A stretch of DNA of 64,000 nucleotides, from NCBI GenBank assembly GCA_009103225.1, contig RHPI01001202.1, forward strand, positions 305,206-369,205. The letters run 5' to 3'. A program made the translations under genes and the position numbers. A model generated the notes under the pieces. The model saw only the letters and a list, made by a program, of their open reading frames with translations. It did no database searches and was not told the origin of the DNA. Position 1 is the first letter of the stretch. The number at the start of each line of letters is the position of its first letter. The DNA comes from Chlorokybus atmophyticus. Its lineage: Eukaryota > Plantae > Mesostigma and Chlorokybus algae. Shown piece by piece: positions 46,856 through 64,000 of the stretch.

Positions 46856-49800
46856 ATGGCGCACCTAAGGGACGTCATGGCAGAACGCCTGAACGCAAGT
46901 GATGTACCAGCAGTGGGATCGCAGCCGTCTTCACAGCAGAAACTCTCACAGTCCACAGATGGAACCGGCAGCCAGTCGCCCGGAGGCAGTCGGGTGGCAT
47001 TACCTGCTCCGGACTGGCTGCCTCAAGGCTTCACTGCATACCGCGTTACACGAGCTGGTGGCAAGTCTGCGGGCAGTTCTGACACGGTAAGAGCAGAGTC
47101 CATGTCCTTGCCGGTCAACAGGAAATTTTGATTTGCTGGTGTCATGCTTAGTACCAAACAATGTATGTGCGTTCTAGTGTCGTGGTGCAAGTGACCGCTA
47201 AACAACAAATTACATGTTGTCCTTTGTGTAGTATTACTACTCGCCAGCAGGGCACAAGCTGCGCAGCAAGCGTGAGGTGGTGGACTACGAGGACTGCCGA
47301 GTGAATGGTGTTGCTTACAAGCTGCGTCCATCGCCAATGAAGGCGAAGCCTCCGGCAAGTCCATCGCCAATGAAGGCCCAGCCTCCAGCAAGCCCATTAC
47401 CAATGGAGGCACATCCTCCGGCGTCACTTCAGCAAGCCACAGCTGCCTTGTCACCTGCTCCGTCACCTCTGCGTGCCAACCAGCCTAGACTTACGTCACC
47501 AAAATCGTCCGCGTCAAGAGCACAAGTGCGTATCTCAGTGTTGTTCTCAGACTTTTAGTTGGTGTTTACAATTCCCAACTTGTGCATACTGCAGCCTGCA
47601 GCAAATAAGCTACCAGCTGCGGCTAAGCAGTCTCATAGTGCACCCCAGCGTCAAATGCGTCTGGCTGCAGGAACGGTGCAGGTAAGCTGGCTTGTTGTGT
47701 AATCTCTGAACGTTGGCACCTTACTTGACTTCTCCGTTTGCCCCTTTTATTGAAGTCAACTGACTTGCTGCGCTCCGGCTATGTGTACGTTTTTGCACGC
47801 TGTGCAGGGGAAGAATGTGATAGTGTTGGACGATAGCTCTGACGAGGAAACAGACAGGCCGGCCTCATGCAGCCATGCTGATTCAACGCAGCCAGGACCA
47901 TCCAGTTCACAGGCTGCGGCTCCTGCTGGTGAGCTCTTGGCTGTTACCAACTTTTCATGAGCGGTATTGATGGCACCATGTTGGACAGTCAATGCAGACG
48001 GCAAAAGCCAAGTGCCACCTCAACGTAAGCTGCAATCCTTCTATGCAAGCCAGCCACGCCCGCTGGTACGTCAATGACATTCTCTTTATCACCACATACT
48101 CTCACATGTTTCATGCGGTTGTGTAATCCAGTCTTGCAGTCACCACCTTATGTAAACAGCTGGTTTTCTGCTTCATTGCGCTTGCCAGGGTAGCGTCGGG
48201 TCATCTCTAGTCGGCACTCAGCATGCTATACGTTTTGATGCCAACCGCACATCTCTATGAGCATGCTTTGACACGATGATAGCTGGTTTGGTATCCGCAA
48301 GCATGTGGCAACATGATTGTGTTAATGAAAGCTCTTGCCTGTTTGTGCAGTTGCCAAAGCCACCGGCGGCACCGCGACCAGCAGCGCAAAGTCAAGGGGT
48401 CAGTGGCACTTGTGCGTTTAGTGTTGATGCTCGTGGGATTGTGCAGGTCAGAACTGCCGCAAGTATGCTGCTAAGCACATGTCCGGCATGCAGGAGTTGA
48501 TGCACATGTTGCGTGAGAAAGTCGGCATCAACTTGGAGCTGCAGCGGCGGCAGCAGCTGTTGTATGAAGAGCAGCAAAGAAGGCAGAAAGAGGAGTCCGC
48601 CAGAGACGCGCTGGAGCGCCAACAGCAAGCTGAAAGTGAGAGGCAACGCCGTGTGTACGCTGAGCGGCAGAAAGCTTCACAAGCACAAGCGAGTGAACGC
48701 CAGCAAGAGCATCAGCTCAAGCTGAAGCAGATTGAGCAGGAAAGGTTGAGGAAAACGAAGGAAGTTGACGAGCGTCATCGGCAGGAGCAGACAAAGCAGG
48801 AACGCGACCGGCTGCAGAAGCTTGCAGAGGACCGCGAGCAGCAGCGACAAGAGCAAATGAATCAAGAACAACAGCGGCTCCAGAAACTTGCTGAGGACAG
48901 CGAACGGCAGCGACAAGAGCAAGTGAAGCAAGAACAACAACGGCTCCAGAAGCTTGCAGAGGACCGTGAGCGGCAGCGGCAGGAGCAGTTGGAGCGCGAG
49001 CGTGAGAGACAGAAGCGACAAGCAGAGTGGATCGAGCAGCAACGGATCCGAAAGGAAGAGCAGCGCATAAAGCAGGCACACGAGCTGCAGCAGGGTCGCA
49101 TGCGCACCAAAACTCATGTTCGCCAGGGCCCTGAAGACCTTGAACTGCCTGGTTGCGATGCCACACCGCCAAGTGTCACTGCTGTTCTGCCAGACATGCC
49201 AGCAGACATTGCCGGAGTGCTTCTTCAGGTGCGTTACTCTGAACATACTGAATCGGGTGGGTGCTAAGGTCAGTGCCTTCTGAAATCGGGATGAAGAGTG
49301 TTCGTGACCTAATGCTTGGGGAACCCAAATCAGCAATAAAGCCACCTGTTCAATTGAACAGGTGGCTTTATTGCTGATTACAAACGGAAACTTGTCCAGG
49401 AAGCTGCTGGTGGATGTACAGTGTTCAACGTTAATACAAGGTGGGCCTTTTCTGCAGGTCATACAAGTCTGTCGCCGATTTCAAGAGGCGCTTGACATGG
49501 ATAGCCCTCCAACGTTGACCACCCTACAGCAAGCGATGCTGTACCCTGAGAGGCCATCCAGTGCACTCGTGCTGCAAAATCTGCATGCAGCTTTGCTAAA
49601 GCCACTCCTCGCGGATGAACGCGCTGAGTGCGTGAGGTACTCTGAGATAGATGACGAGGACAAAGAAGACTACATGGTAGATGCTTGGTACGCATTCTGT
49701 TACTGGACCAGCCTTATTCAATTGGCATGTCAGGCTTGCCAAAATGAGTACGGGCTCTGGTTGAATATTGACTTCTGTGCAGGTGTCCACTCAACCTGTT

Positions 49801-51998
49801 GACATGGTCAGAGCTGGCTAGGCGTTATCTTCTTGTCAAGCTTAACAACGAGAAAGAGGTGTACTTTTACAAGCTCAAGTGCCTTTCGGGTGATGGTGGC
49901 TACATCTCTCGTTCAGCCGAGGGCCGTTCACGAGGAGTCTTTGCGAGCAGCATGGCATTGGCTCAGGCTGAACATCGCCTGATGCAATACATGCGGCCAG
50001 CACATGCTGCAGTAGCCGATGAGGAACTCCCTGCGTGGGCATCAGAGCTGCGAAAGGTACTTGTGCGAGGCAAGATTATCAAGTTCAAGCACATGCGAGG
50101 CAGATTGTTCAGTGGTAATGGTTGATGTGACACTGCTGGCAGGTTCCAGCAATCCCGTCCAATTGTGCTGACCTCATCAAACAAGCAGTGGAGGCGACAC
50201 TGGCTGCAGGTACACAACTGCCAGATGGCGTTGTCAATGGCAGTAGTAGTCGCATTGCTGCGGCCGCTGCATTGCACTGCCACCTGGTCGAGACGATCAT
50301 GTCAAGGTCATCCAGTCTACACTACAGTCTCAGCAGTGATTATGAACTGTGTTGATTCTCGCTGTGTACTTCATGCAGTAACAGTTTACAGCGTGGCTTT
50401 GATTGTGTTTGCAGAACCACCACAGCATGTACGCGGCACGTTGCGACATGCTGTGATGGATAGCATCTGTCGGGATTGTGCTGCAACCCCTTCCAAACAC
50501 TTGGCATTGCGTGTCTTGGACGCAGCACGAGTAGTGGCTAGCCAACCAGAAGCGTGTGCTCCATCCTTTCGTAAGCGAAGTGCAGATGACGCACAACCGC
50601 GAGACGGCAACTGGTTCCGGTACGCCTGGGCACGCGCATTTGCGTTTTTGTGCGCGCTCTAGTCGAGTTGGCATGGTCATTAGCGCTGACCCCTTTCTTC
50701 CAGGTTAATGCACAGATGTCGGTGCATCGTACGCGAACTCTCAAAGACATCCTATGGGTCCAAGTTTTGTGTCGTCGCTGACAGCAGGTTGGCTGAGTCA
50801 CCAAAGCACACATGCGTGTTGTTGCGTGGTTGCAGCAGCCTTTTCTCAGTGCTGGTTTCCCTGCAGCCCGTGTGACGTCACGCGACCAATGGACCTGCAG
50901 ACTGTTGATGCTAGACTACTTGCTGGCGCGTACAGCTCGTTGGAAGCGTTTAAGGATGATGTGCAGCTTATCTGGGACAACTGCCGTAATGTGGCACATG
51001 ATTGGAAGGAACACGGCGCTGCTTGTGAGAAATCCGAGGCGCTGTTTACTAAGTTGTTTAAAGAGCAGGTAATCATCCTTTGCTGTATGTGCTGACAGTC
51101 CCGCATCATGTCTCCCTTGGCCTAGAGCAGGTTGTTCACTCCCCATCGCTTGACTGTGTGGCTATGCAATGCAGGTGGAGCCCTTGCTTGCAAACAGCAA
51201 ACCAAAACAAGCTGCGCCAGCACCCATTGAAGACGATGTGCAGCTGCCGGACGCTTACTGGGAGGAAGAAGGCTGTAACATTTGTGGCTGGGACGATGAG
51301 AACACGCGCATGCTGGTGTGCGACAATAAAGACTGCAATAAGCAATACCATGCGCACTGCTTGCGGCCTCCCCTCTCCTGTATTCCTGAAGGGCAATGGT
51401 TGTGCCCAGACTGCACAGGCACTCCCCCACTGACTGAAGGTGACTTTGTTATAGTGGCCACTTTGGCACATAGGCTGCTTTGAATGACTGACTCCATAAT
51501 TTCAAGGCAAGGCGTTTTGCACTTAACACTTGTTGTTTTGGCAGAGAGCTCATTCGGTGCGGCAATGGTTGTTGGCGAAGAGGCTTGCCAGATGCGTCTC
51601 CAGCAGGCATTGTCCTTGGAGGGCAGTGAAGACTGCCTGCGCAGCGAGCCAGCACGCTTGAGGTGGCTGGCAGTATTACTCTGCCATTGTGATTATGCGC
51701 AGCTATCGCTCAGTCAGGTAAATGCTTCCAGTGCAGACACAAGAGCAAGGCCTCCAGTAATCTGCAGCATACGCTCTGCTGACACTTCATTGACAATGTG
51801 GTGCAGAGACTAGCTTTGACAAAGTGGATTTGCGACCAAGCGGTTGGCTCTGAGGTTGTGCATCTTCAAATCGATGACACGGCAGAAGCTGCCTTGAAGG
51901 TTGAGAAGGAGTTGCGAGACGCAGATGTGCAGCATCGGCGGTTTCTTGATGTACGTATTTGGCAGACACTCTGTCTTATCCACACATGAAAACAAACA

Positions 51999-52092
<94 letters not shown>

Positions 52093-53561
52093 NNNNNNNN
52101 NNNNNNNNNNNNNNNNNNNNNNNNNNNNNNNNNNNNNNNNNNNNNNNNNNNNNNNNNNNNNNNNNNNNNNNNNNNNNNNNNNNNNNNNNNNNNNNNNNNN
52201 NNNNNNNNNNNNNNNNNNNNNNNNNNNNNNNNNNNNNNNNNNNNNNNNNNNNNNNNNNNNNNNNNNNNNNGACCACCGCACGCACGCACGCACGCACAGA
52301 GCAATTGAAACACAATTGGTGACCAAGCTTGTTGTTCTTTCAGGATCTAGCTGGTAGGAGGCCAAGGCCTCATCCTCAGAAAAAGACGGAAGCCGTCTCA
52401 AAGGCAGTGCCCGAACCTGCAAAGTTGAACACTAGTTTGCCTTTTGAACAACGCGCCGCAAAGCGCACTGCTGCCGAAGAAGATTACAGGGCAAAAGTAT
52501 CTGAGTTGAGAGCCAGCCTAAGGGCTACAGAGGTACGACAGGTGCATCTTGGCAGCGACCGCTGGGAGAGTCAGTACTGGCTGCTTCTTGGTGAAGACTC
52601 TCAGCAGCTGCAGCTGTATGTTGAGCAAAGGGACAGCAAGCGCTCGTGTAATGGTGCTGAACCGTCTGTCGGATGCGAGGGGGCCACATTGCAGCCAACA
52701 CAGCAAGCGCTGTTGTCGCAGATTGAAGCGGCAGCTAAACTGCCCGGAGTTTGGGGTCAGTATTGCACCAAAGCACAGGTGGATGCGCTGCTTGCGTGGC
52801 TCAACCCCAGAGGGCGCAGGGAAGGCCCTCTGTATGAGGCGTTGCTGCAAATGAAAGACGAGTTGAAGAACACTTTGCCAGAGGATGAAGATATGGAGGA
52901 GGATGAACCCGTCGTGCAAAAGCGGCCCACGCGAAAGCGTGTAAACCTGGCGGTGGACGCGCTTAGCAAAGTGTTGAAAGCTAGCAGCACGCATGCCAAG
53001 ACTGCCCTGAAGTCTCGCGGGACGCCTTGTACTGAAGTGGCACTTCCAGATGAAGGCGATGGCAGTCCATGCATCTCAAAGGACCTACTTGTTGCAAGCC
53101 TACGTGCCGACTTACTGGACATTGAGGCAGCGCTACCAGACACTGCATACAGTGAGATTCTGGGCACGGCAGAGCGCCGTGCAGCGTGGCGCGTGATGGC
53201 CAGCGAGGCTAGCAAAGTTCAAGACTTGGGTTCTGCTCTTCTGCTGCTTGAGCAAATGATACTGCCGGAGAGGCTGCACCAGCGATGGCACCTTTGGATG
53301 AACATGGAAGGTCTTGCTAACGTCCCAACTGTTGCAGCCCTAGCATTGCGCTTGTATTCCCTTGATGCCAACCTAAGCTACAAGCAACCCAAGAAGAAGG
53401 CACCTGCGCGGCCAGCGCCAGCTAAAACAAACAAGAGGAGCGCACAGAAGCCGCCACCAACTCCGGAGATGGATGAAGCTGAGCTTTACGGTTTGCGTCG
53501 CAGCAAACGCCAAAAAAGGCCTGTGGCATATACCGACGATCTGTATCGTGATATGGAGTAG
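46856..53561 (+). CDS. MBD9-like chromatin reader: MBD, charged helical repeats, DDT, bromodomain, PHD, WHIM/WSD and conserved C-terminal domain (multi-exon)
   Basis: MBD LPQGFTAYRVTRAGGKSAGSSDT|YYYSPAGHKLRSKREVVDY (splice 47086/47232). DDT VLLQ|VIQVCRRFQEAL...NLHAALLKPLL. Bromo RPMDLQTVDARLLAGAY...FKDDVQLIWDNC. PHD CNICGWD...CDNKDCNKQYHAHCLRPPL...WLCPDC. LGSDRWESQYW; LLAWLNPRGRREGPLY; LLDIEAALP...LALRLYSLDA. Confidence 0.9.
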
Positions 53562-56500
53562 ACATGCAAAGTCTTGTGCACTTCCAGTCCATGAGCTGCA
53601 TTGCAATCATCTATGCATGCTCTGTACCTGATTGTTGGCAGTGTGGGCAAGATTGCTGCAGGCAGCAGGTTTGACAACTGTTTGCGTGTTGTCCGCCATC
53701 AACTGCTGCAGTCGTTATTGTGTAGCAGTTGCTGCATGTCACTTTGCAAGTCACTGACATGGCAAGCAGCCCTGTTTTGCCAGATCTGACTAGTAGCCAT
53801 GCCTGTGTTGATACGCGCACACTTGATTTGAGCATGATATGCGCTAGCTAGCGCAGTAGAAGTTGCATAGGGTATGCGTCATAGTCCCAAGACACACACA
53901 TATGCTCAGAGTGCAAACACAAGGCATAAACAAACAAGCTAACATGAACAAGCAAACACAATGATTCCACCTGGGGCCACCACCTAATTTACACCACACA
54001 TAGTGCCCTATGTGCTATGCAAGTGTTGCGCAGCAGGAGGAGGCAGCAGCCACCAATGGCATAACCGACCTGTGAATTACAGGCAGGAGGCGATGGGGAG
54101 TCTTTGATAGCGGAGCAGCGGTAGTGGCAGAAGCAAGGAGCGGCAAGACAAGTGCGGTGATGTGCAGTGCACACCTATGCTATGCCGCCCGCCCCACACG
54201 TCAACCATGCATGGTAGTCAGAGTCTGTTGTGCGCTTGCTAAATGCTACACAACTGTGAGCAATTAAACATGAGATTTAGGCCAATGTTACGTTCGTTGC
54301 TGTCATAATCTTATGGTCACTTTCCAACATGTCTAAGTATAGATATCTAATCTTAGTTAAGAAAGACACGTTACGGCACATCACCTTCAGGTAGGTGCAT
54401 ACGATAAAATCTCTTTGATTTTGTTATTGGATGGACACCATTCAGCCATGCTGCCTGTCACCATGCCTGTCTCACACACAACCACACAGCACTACCAGTA
54501 GCACACATGCTCGAGCGTATCATCCTTGAACTACTGCCGCGAGCGCAACGTCTGCCTCCGTGGTCAACGGCGCCGTCAGCAATGGCGCCCAGGTGTGACC
54601 AACACCGCTGCTGCTCTTCGCGCCATCCCCAACTCCTCGCGCTCGCTACGGTGCACGCGCCACGCGCTGGCGGAACAGCGTGGTGAAGCCACTCAATCGA
54701 TGCAAGTCCAGCACCAGAACAGCTACCGCTGGTCTCGAGGCGAGCTCGTACAGTAGATGAGAAGTTCTCATCAAGAGCCGTGTGAAAGTCATCGCCCAAT
54801 ATCCCATATGTCTCCGCTGCCATTGGCATAAAGGTATTTCAAGCTCTCAAGGGTGATTGTGGTACTTCCGCCGCCGCGGCGAAAAAATAGCCTAAGCGGC
54901 TTGCCCTCATCGGCCTAACTTGTGGCCCATCTTGCGCACTCATTGCAAGTTGAGATCATGACATCGAAGAGAATGCGGCTATCTGGTGCCGTCCCCCCCA
55001 ATAATATCAAGTCGATGCGTCGACGCATGGACTTTGTATTTCAACCACGGGGGCGACGCCGCTCTCATTGTTTGCTTGGCATGAAGCTCGTTTTCGCGCG
55101 GCTGATCACATACTAGTTGCCGGACTCACACATGATGGCACACACCTCGTTCCGCAGTGCCACTGTGTTGTGCATGTCAGTCGTCTCGTTATTCATCGAA
55201 CATTAAGTCATATTCAATTGTTTTTAATAAGTGCCCTCCGGCGTGAATGCCACACCATATACGCAGTATAAGATGTTGGCCAGCACAAGATGTGGGAGGC
55301 ATAGTAAGGTGCGCCTGGTTGTGTGTCTGTACACGCTTGCTAACATATGCAGTACGTGGAACAGTTTGCTTAGCAGTGCCGAGCTTCAAGCGTCTGCGCT
55401 GATCAACAGCAGCCAACTTGCGCTTCTTTCCACCCGTGATAGCGTTACTTTCGTGAAACTTGATTGTTGTATGCACCACGCTGATGTAATTCTATCGCTT
55501 GCGTGCCTCCGTGCGCGGCATCCCCGCGAACGACTAAGAAAAATGCAGCGCGCCTCCATCGGCGACAAGCGATAAATTGATCGCAGATCGTGCAAAGATT
55601 GAAAATAAGGACCACAAAGCAACACATAAACAGAGACACTGCTATGACATGTTAAAGCATACAGCTGCTGGACTTACAATATAAGCAGGTAGGCGTACAT
55701 GCACCCTCAAACTTGCCCCCATCCAGCATAGGTTATGTAACACCATCGATCCTCACATTCAAACACTATCTGTTTTGTGACTGTGCTTATTATCATGGGT
55801 CGAGTGCACATGCGAGACGTCACAGCTCAGCCGTGCATGTTGCATATGTCTGACCATGCTAAGGTGTGCGATTGTAGCCATACCAGTATGTATGTAAGTT
55901 GGTAAGAGAATGTTATAGTCTATAACTTGTATGTCCTCATGCGCGCTCATGCATATACCGGTAAGATTAATGTTTTCATGGAAGACACTTTCGCTTACCA
56001 ATCGTTAGGCTACAGTTTATAGAACCGCAATTGCACGGTTGTCCCTTACTCAGGGCGGTTTCAATTCTGACAATTGTCAGTACGGGTGCTAAGGGACGAC
56101 TGCTAACTCACTAACCCACTTACTTCCAGTTTCAAACTTGGAAGCTACAGCAGCACCCACTGTCAAGCACTCAGAGTGCCACCCCAGCGACGGAACTTCC
56201 GACACGCCTTGAGCACGTGACCTGAGCACTGCCTGACCGGCCGCAACCGCCCAGCGGTTACAAACGAACCGGAAGCCAGAACGCTGTCGACCGGAGTACA
56301 CGACATGATGATTTTCGGTAACGACAGAATCGATTTGGCATTGGAGGCGGATATCGGCAGTTGCGATGCGGTAGTCCTGCCTGCTTTGTCGCTGCGTATA
56401 CGCAGAGATCAGTGCGAGACCATCGACATCGCGTGTCTCCACACTGCGTCCGTGCCGGCGGTCGTTTTTATATTTTGGTGCCTTCCCTGCCGGCGGTTTC

Positions 56501-56921
56501 ATGTCGGTGATGTGGGTAACGTTACGTCCTCGCTTCTGTTCGTTTGTTAGGTGGCTGGTTTGGGCAGTACGTTCTGTGCTTGTGCTGCTCATCTCAGACA
56601 AGGAACGCAAGCGTGTCCTACAATGTTGCGGGCTTAGCAGCGGCGGCGGCGGCGGAGCAGGAGGCGGAGGAGGACGAGGACGAGGACGAGGCGGAGGTGG
56701 CCACGGGGTTGACGTAGGTGCTGGTTTTAATTAAGCGGTGGTAAGCCGCCGCCGGACCTAGGTTTGCGGCAATGACTGTAGCGATGAGGAGTTGATGGTT
56801 TAGCTCTACTTTGAGGAGGAGGAGGCGGCGGTGGTGGACGAGGAGGAGGAGAAGAGCGGCGGTGTATAGAACAGTGATGGCGTCATGTATCAAACTGTGT
56901 TTCAGTTGCAATTCACGGCCA

Positions 56922-63300
<6,379 letters not shown>

Positions 63301-64000
63301 AGTGTTGTACCATAAATGCACACATACGCACATACTTAGTTTGAGAGTATTACATGCGTACCTAGTTTTGCAAGAAAAAGTGTAAAGTCCTCTTCAGTAC
63401 TGTACAAACAGATGGTAACCGGCGCAGATGCTCAGTAGACCCCTACATCCCAATGAAGAGACCTTATTGGTATAACAGTCGGCGACGTTGGGTCGGGCAC
63501 AGTGTAGATTAAGTCGTAAAGAGATACATATAACAGAGTTAGCTGTTTATTGTTTGGGGTGGCGTACATTATGCGCCACCAGCTAGTACTTTTATGTACT
63601 CCTTGCTTTGTTACATACCGTCCTTCTGAAGGCGTATGACGTTAACATACCTTTTGCTGTTCTTACTTAAAATTAAGCTGCCTTTACGCGCTGCGTGTGC
63701 GTGAGCGTGTGTTTGTGTGTGCGCAGAGCAGATTGTCGTGTGCGTCCACACCAGCATGCTGTGCTCTGGCATAATCATGTTCAGGATATATGACGTGCTA
63801 TTAGACACACGCATGCAATGCATCACAACCACTCAAGCATTACATGCACACTAAAATAACAATTCACTGTTGTCACCACCAGGCTAATCTACTGCACTAA
63901 AATACCAGCTGGCCTTCCCCATTAGACATGCATGTACATATGTGTGTCTCTAATCAAACACAGTGCCAGTACAGCGCTTATGTGCTGGGCTAGTACCTTG

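Larger units (their letters stand above)
41876..52270. other. Three assembly gaps (41876-42011, 44239-44510, 52093-52270), each bordered by poly-G/poly-C
   Basis: N runs are seen directly, with flanking homopolymers such as the poly-C at 52000-52092. Confidence 0.95.

Noticed and set aside
40850-47290. Functional cluster of a methyl writer (TE DNMT) beside a methyl reader (MBD9-like)
   Set aside because: The DNMT belongs to a decayed TE insertion, and adjacency in a eukaryotic genome is most simply chance.
41866-52270. Poly-Gly/poly-Pro ORFs and possible G-quadruplex tracts
   Set aside because: The homopolymers flank N gaps and are typical sequencing or assembly artefacts.
54458-56610. ORFs including a faint F-box-like LANICSTWNSLLSS stretch (~55335) and a 173-aa minus-strand ORF
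   Set aside because: The F-box N-terminal half is absent, stops surround it, and there is no supported splice model or domain.

Overview
Eukaryotic, intron-rich genomic DNA, most likely from a streptophyte (charophyte-grade) alga. This is an inference from a plant-type phytochrome, an MBD9-like gene and a cytosine-methyltransferase-bearing Ty3 element. Host genes lie at both ends. On the left are a non-canonical phytochrome (+, 580-5084) and a 7-exon COG0523/CobW GTPase (-, 10621-8256). On the right are a coiled-coil gene (-, ~46.0-43.7 kb), an MBD9-like chromatin reader (+, 46856-53561) and a 17-exon secreted subtilase (+, 56922-63300). The middle (~13-43 kb) is a nested transposon cluster. 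It contains a decayed Helitron Rep-helicase with a downstream GIY-YIG gene, split by a full-length chromovirus (LTRs, PBS, PPT, 5-bp TSD). It also holds a 90-bp-LTR TRIM carrying a 79-bp solo-LTR-like insert, and a 3'-truncated Ty3 element with a C5-DNA methyltransferase domain. The most unusual signals are: (1) a reelin-subrepeat-like domain and a NIDO-like domain nested inside bacterial-type Ig domains of the subtilase; (2) a CobW protein fused to what looks like the small C-terminal domain of PLP-dependent amino-acid decarboxylases; (3) a phytochrome with an intact bilin pocket but a completely replaced PHY tongue (no PRxSF); (4) an N6-adenine-methyltransferase-like domain between gag and protease in the chromovirus; (5) a GIY-YIG motif hidden in an alternative frame by two compensating frameshifts. 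All domain calls come from hand translation and remembered motif consensus; no searches were run.
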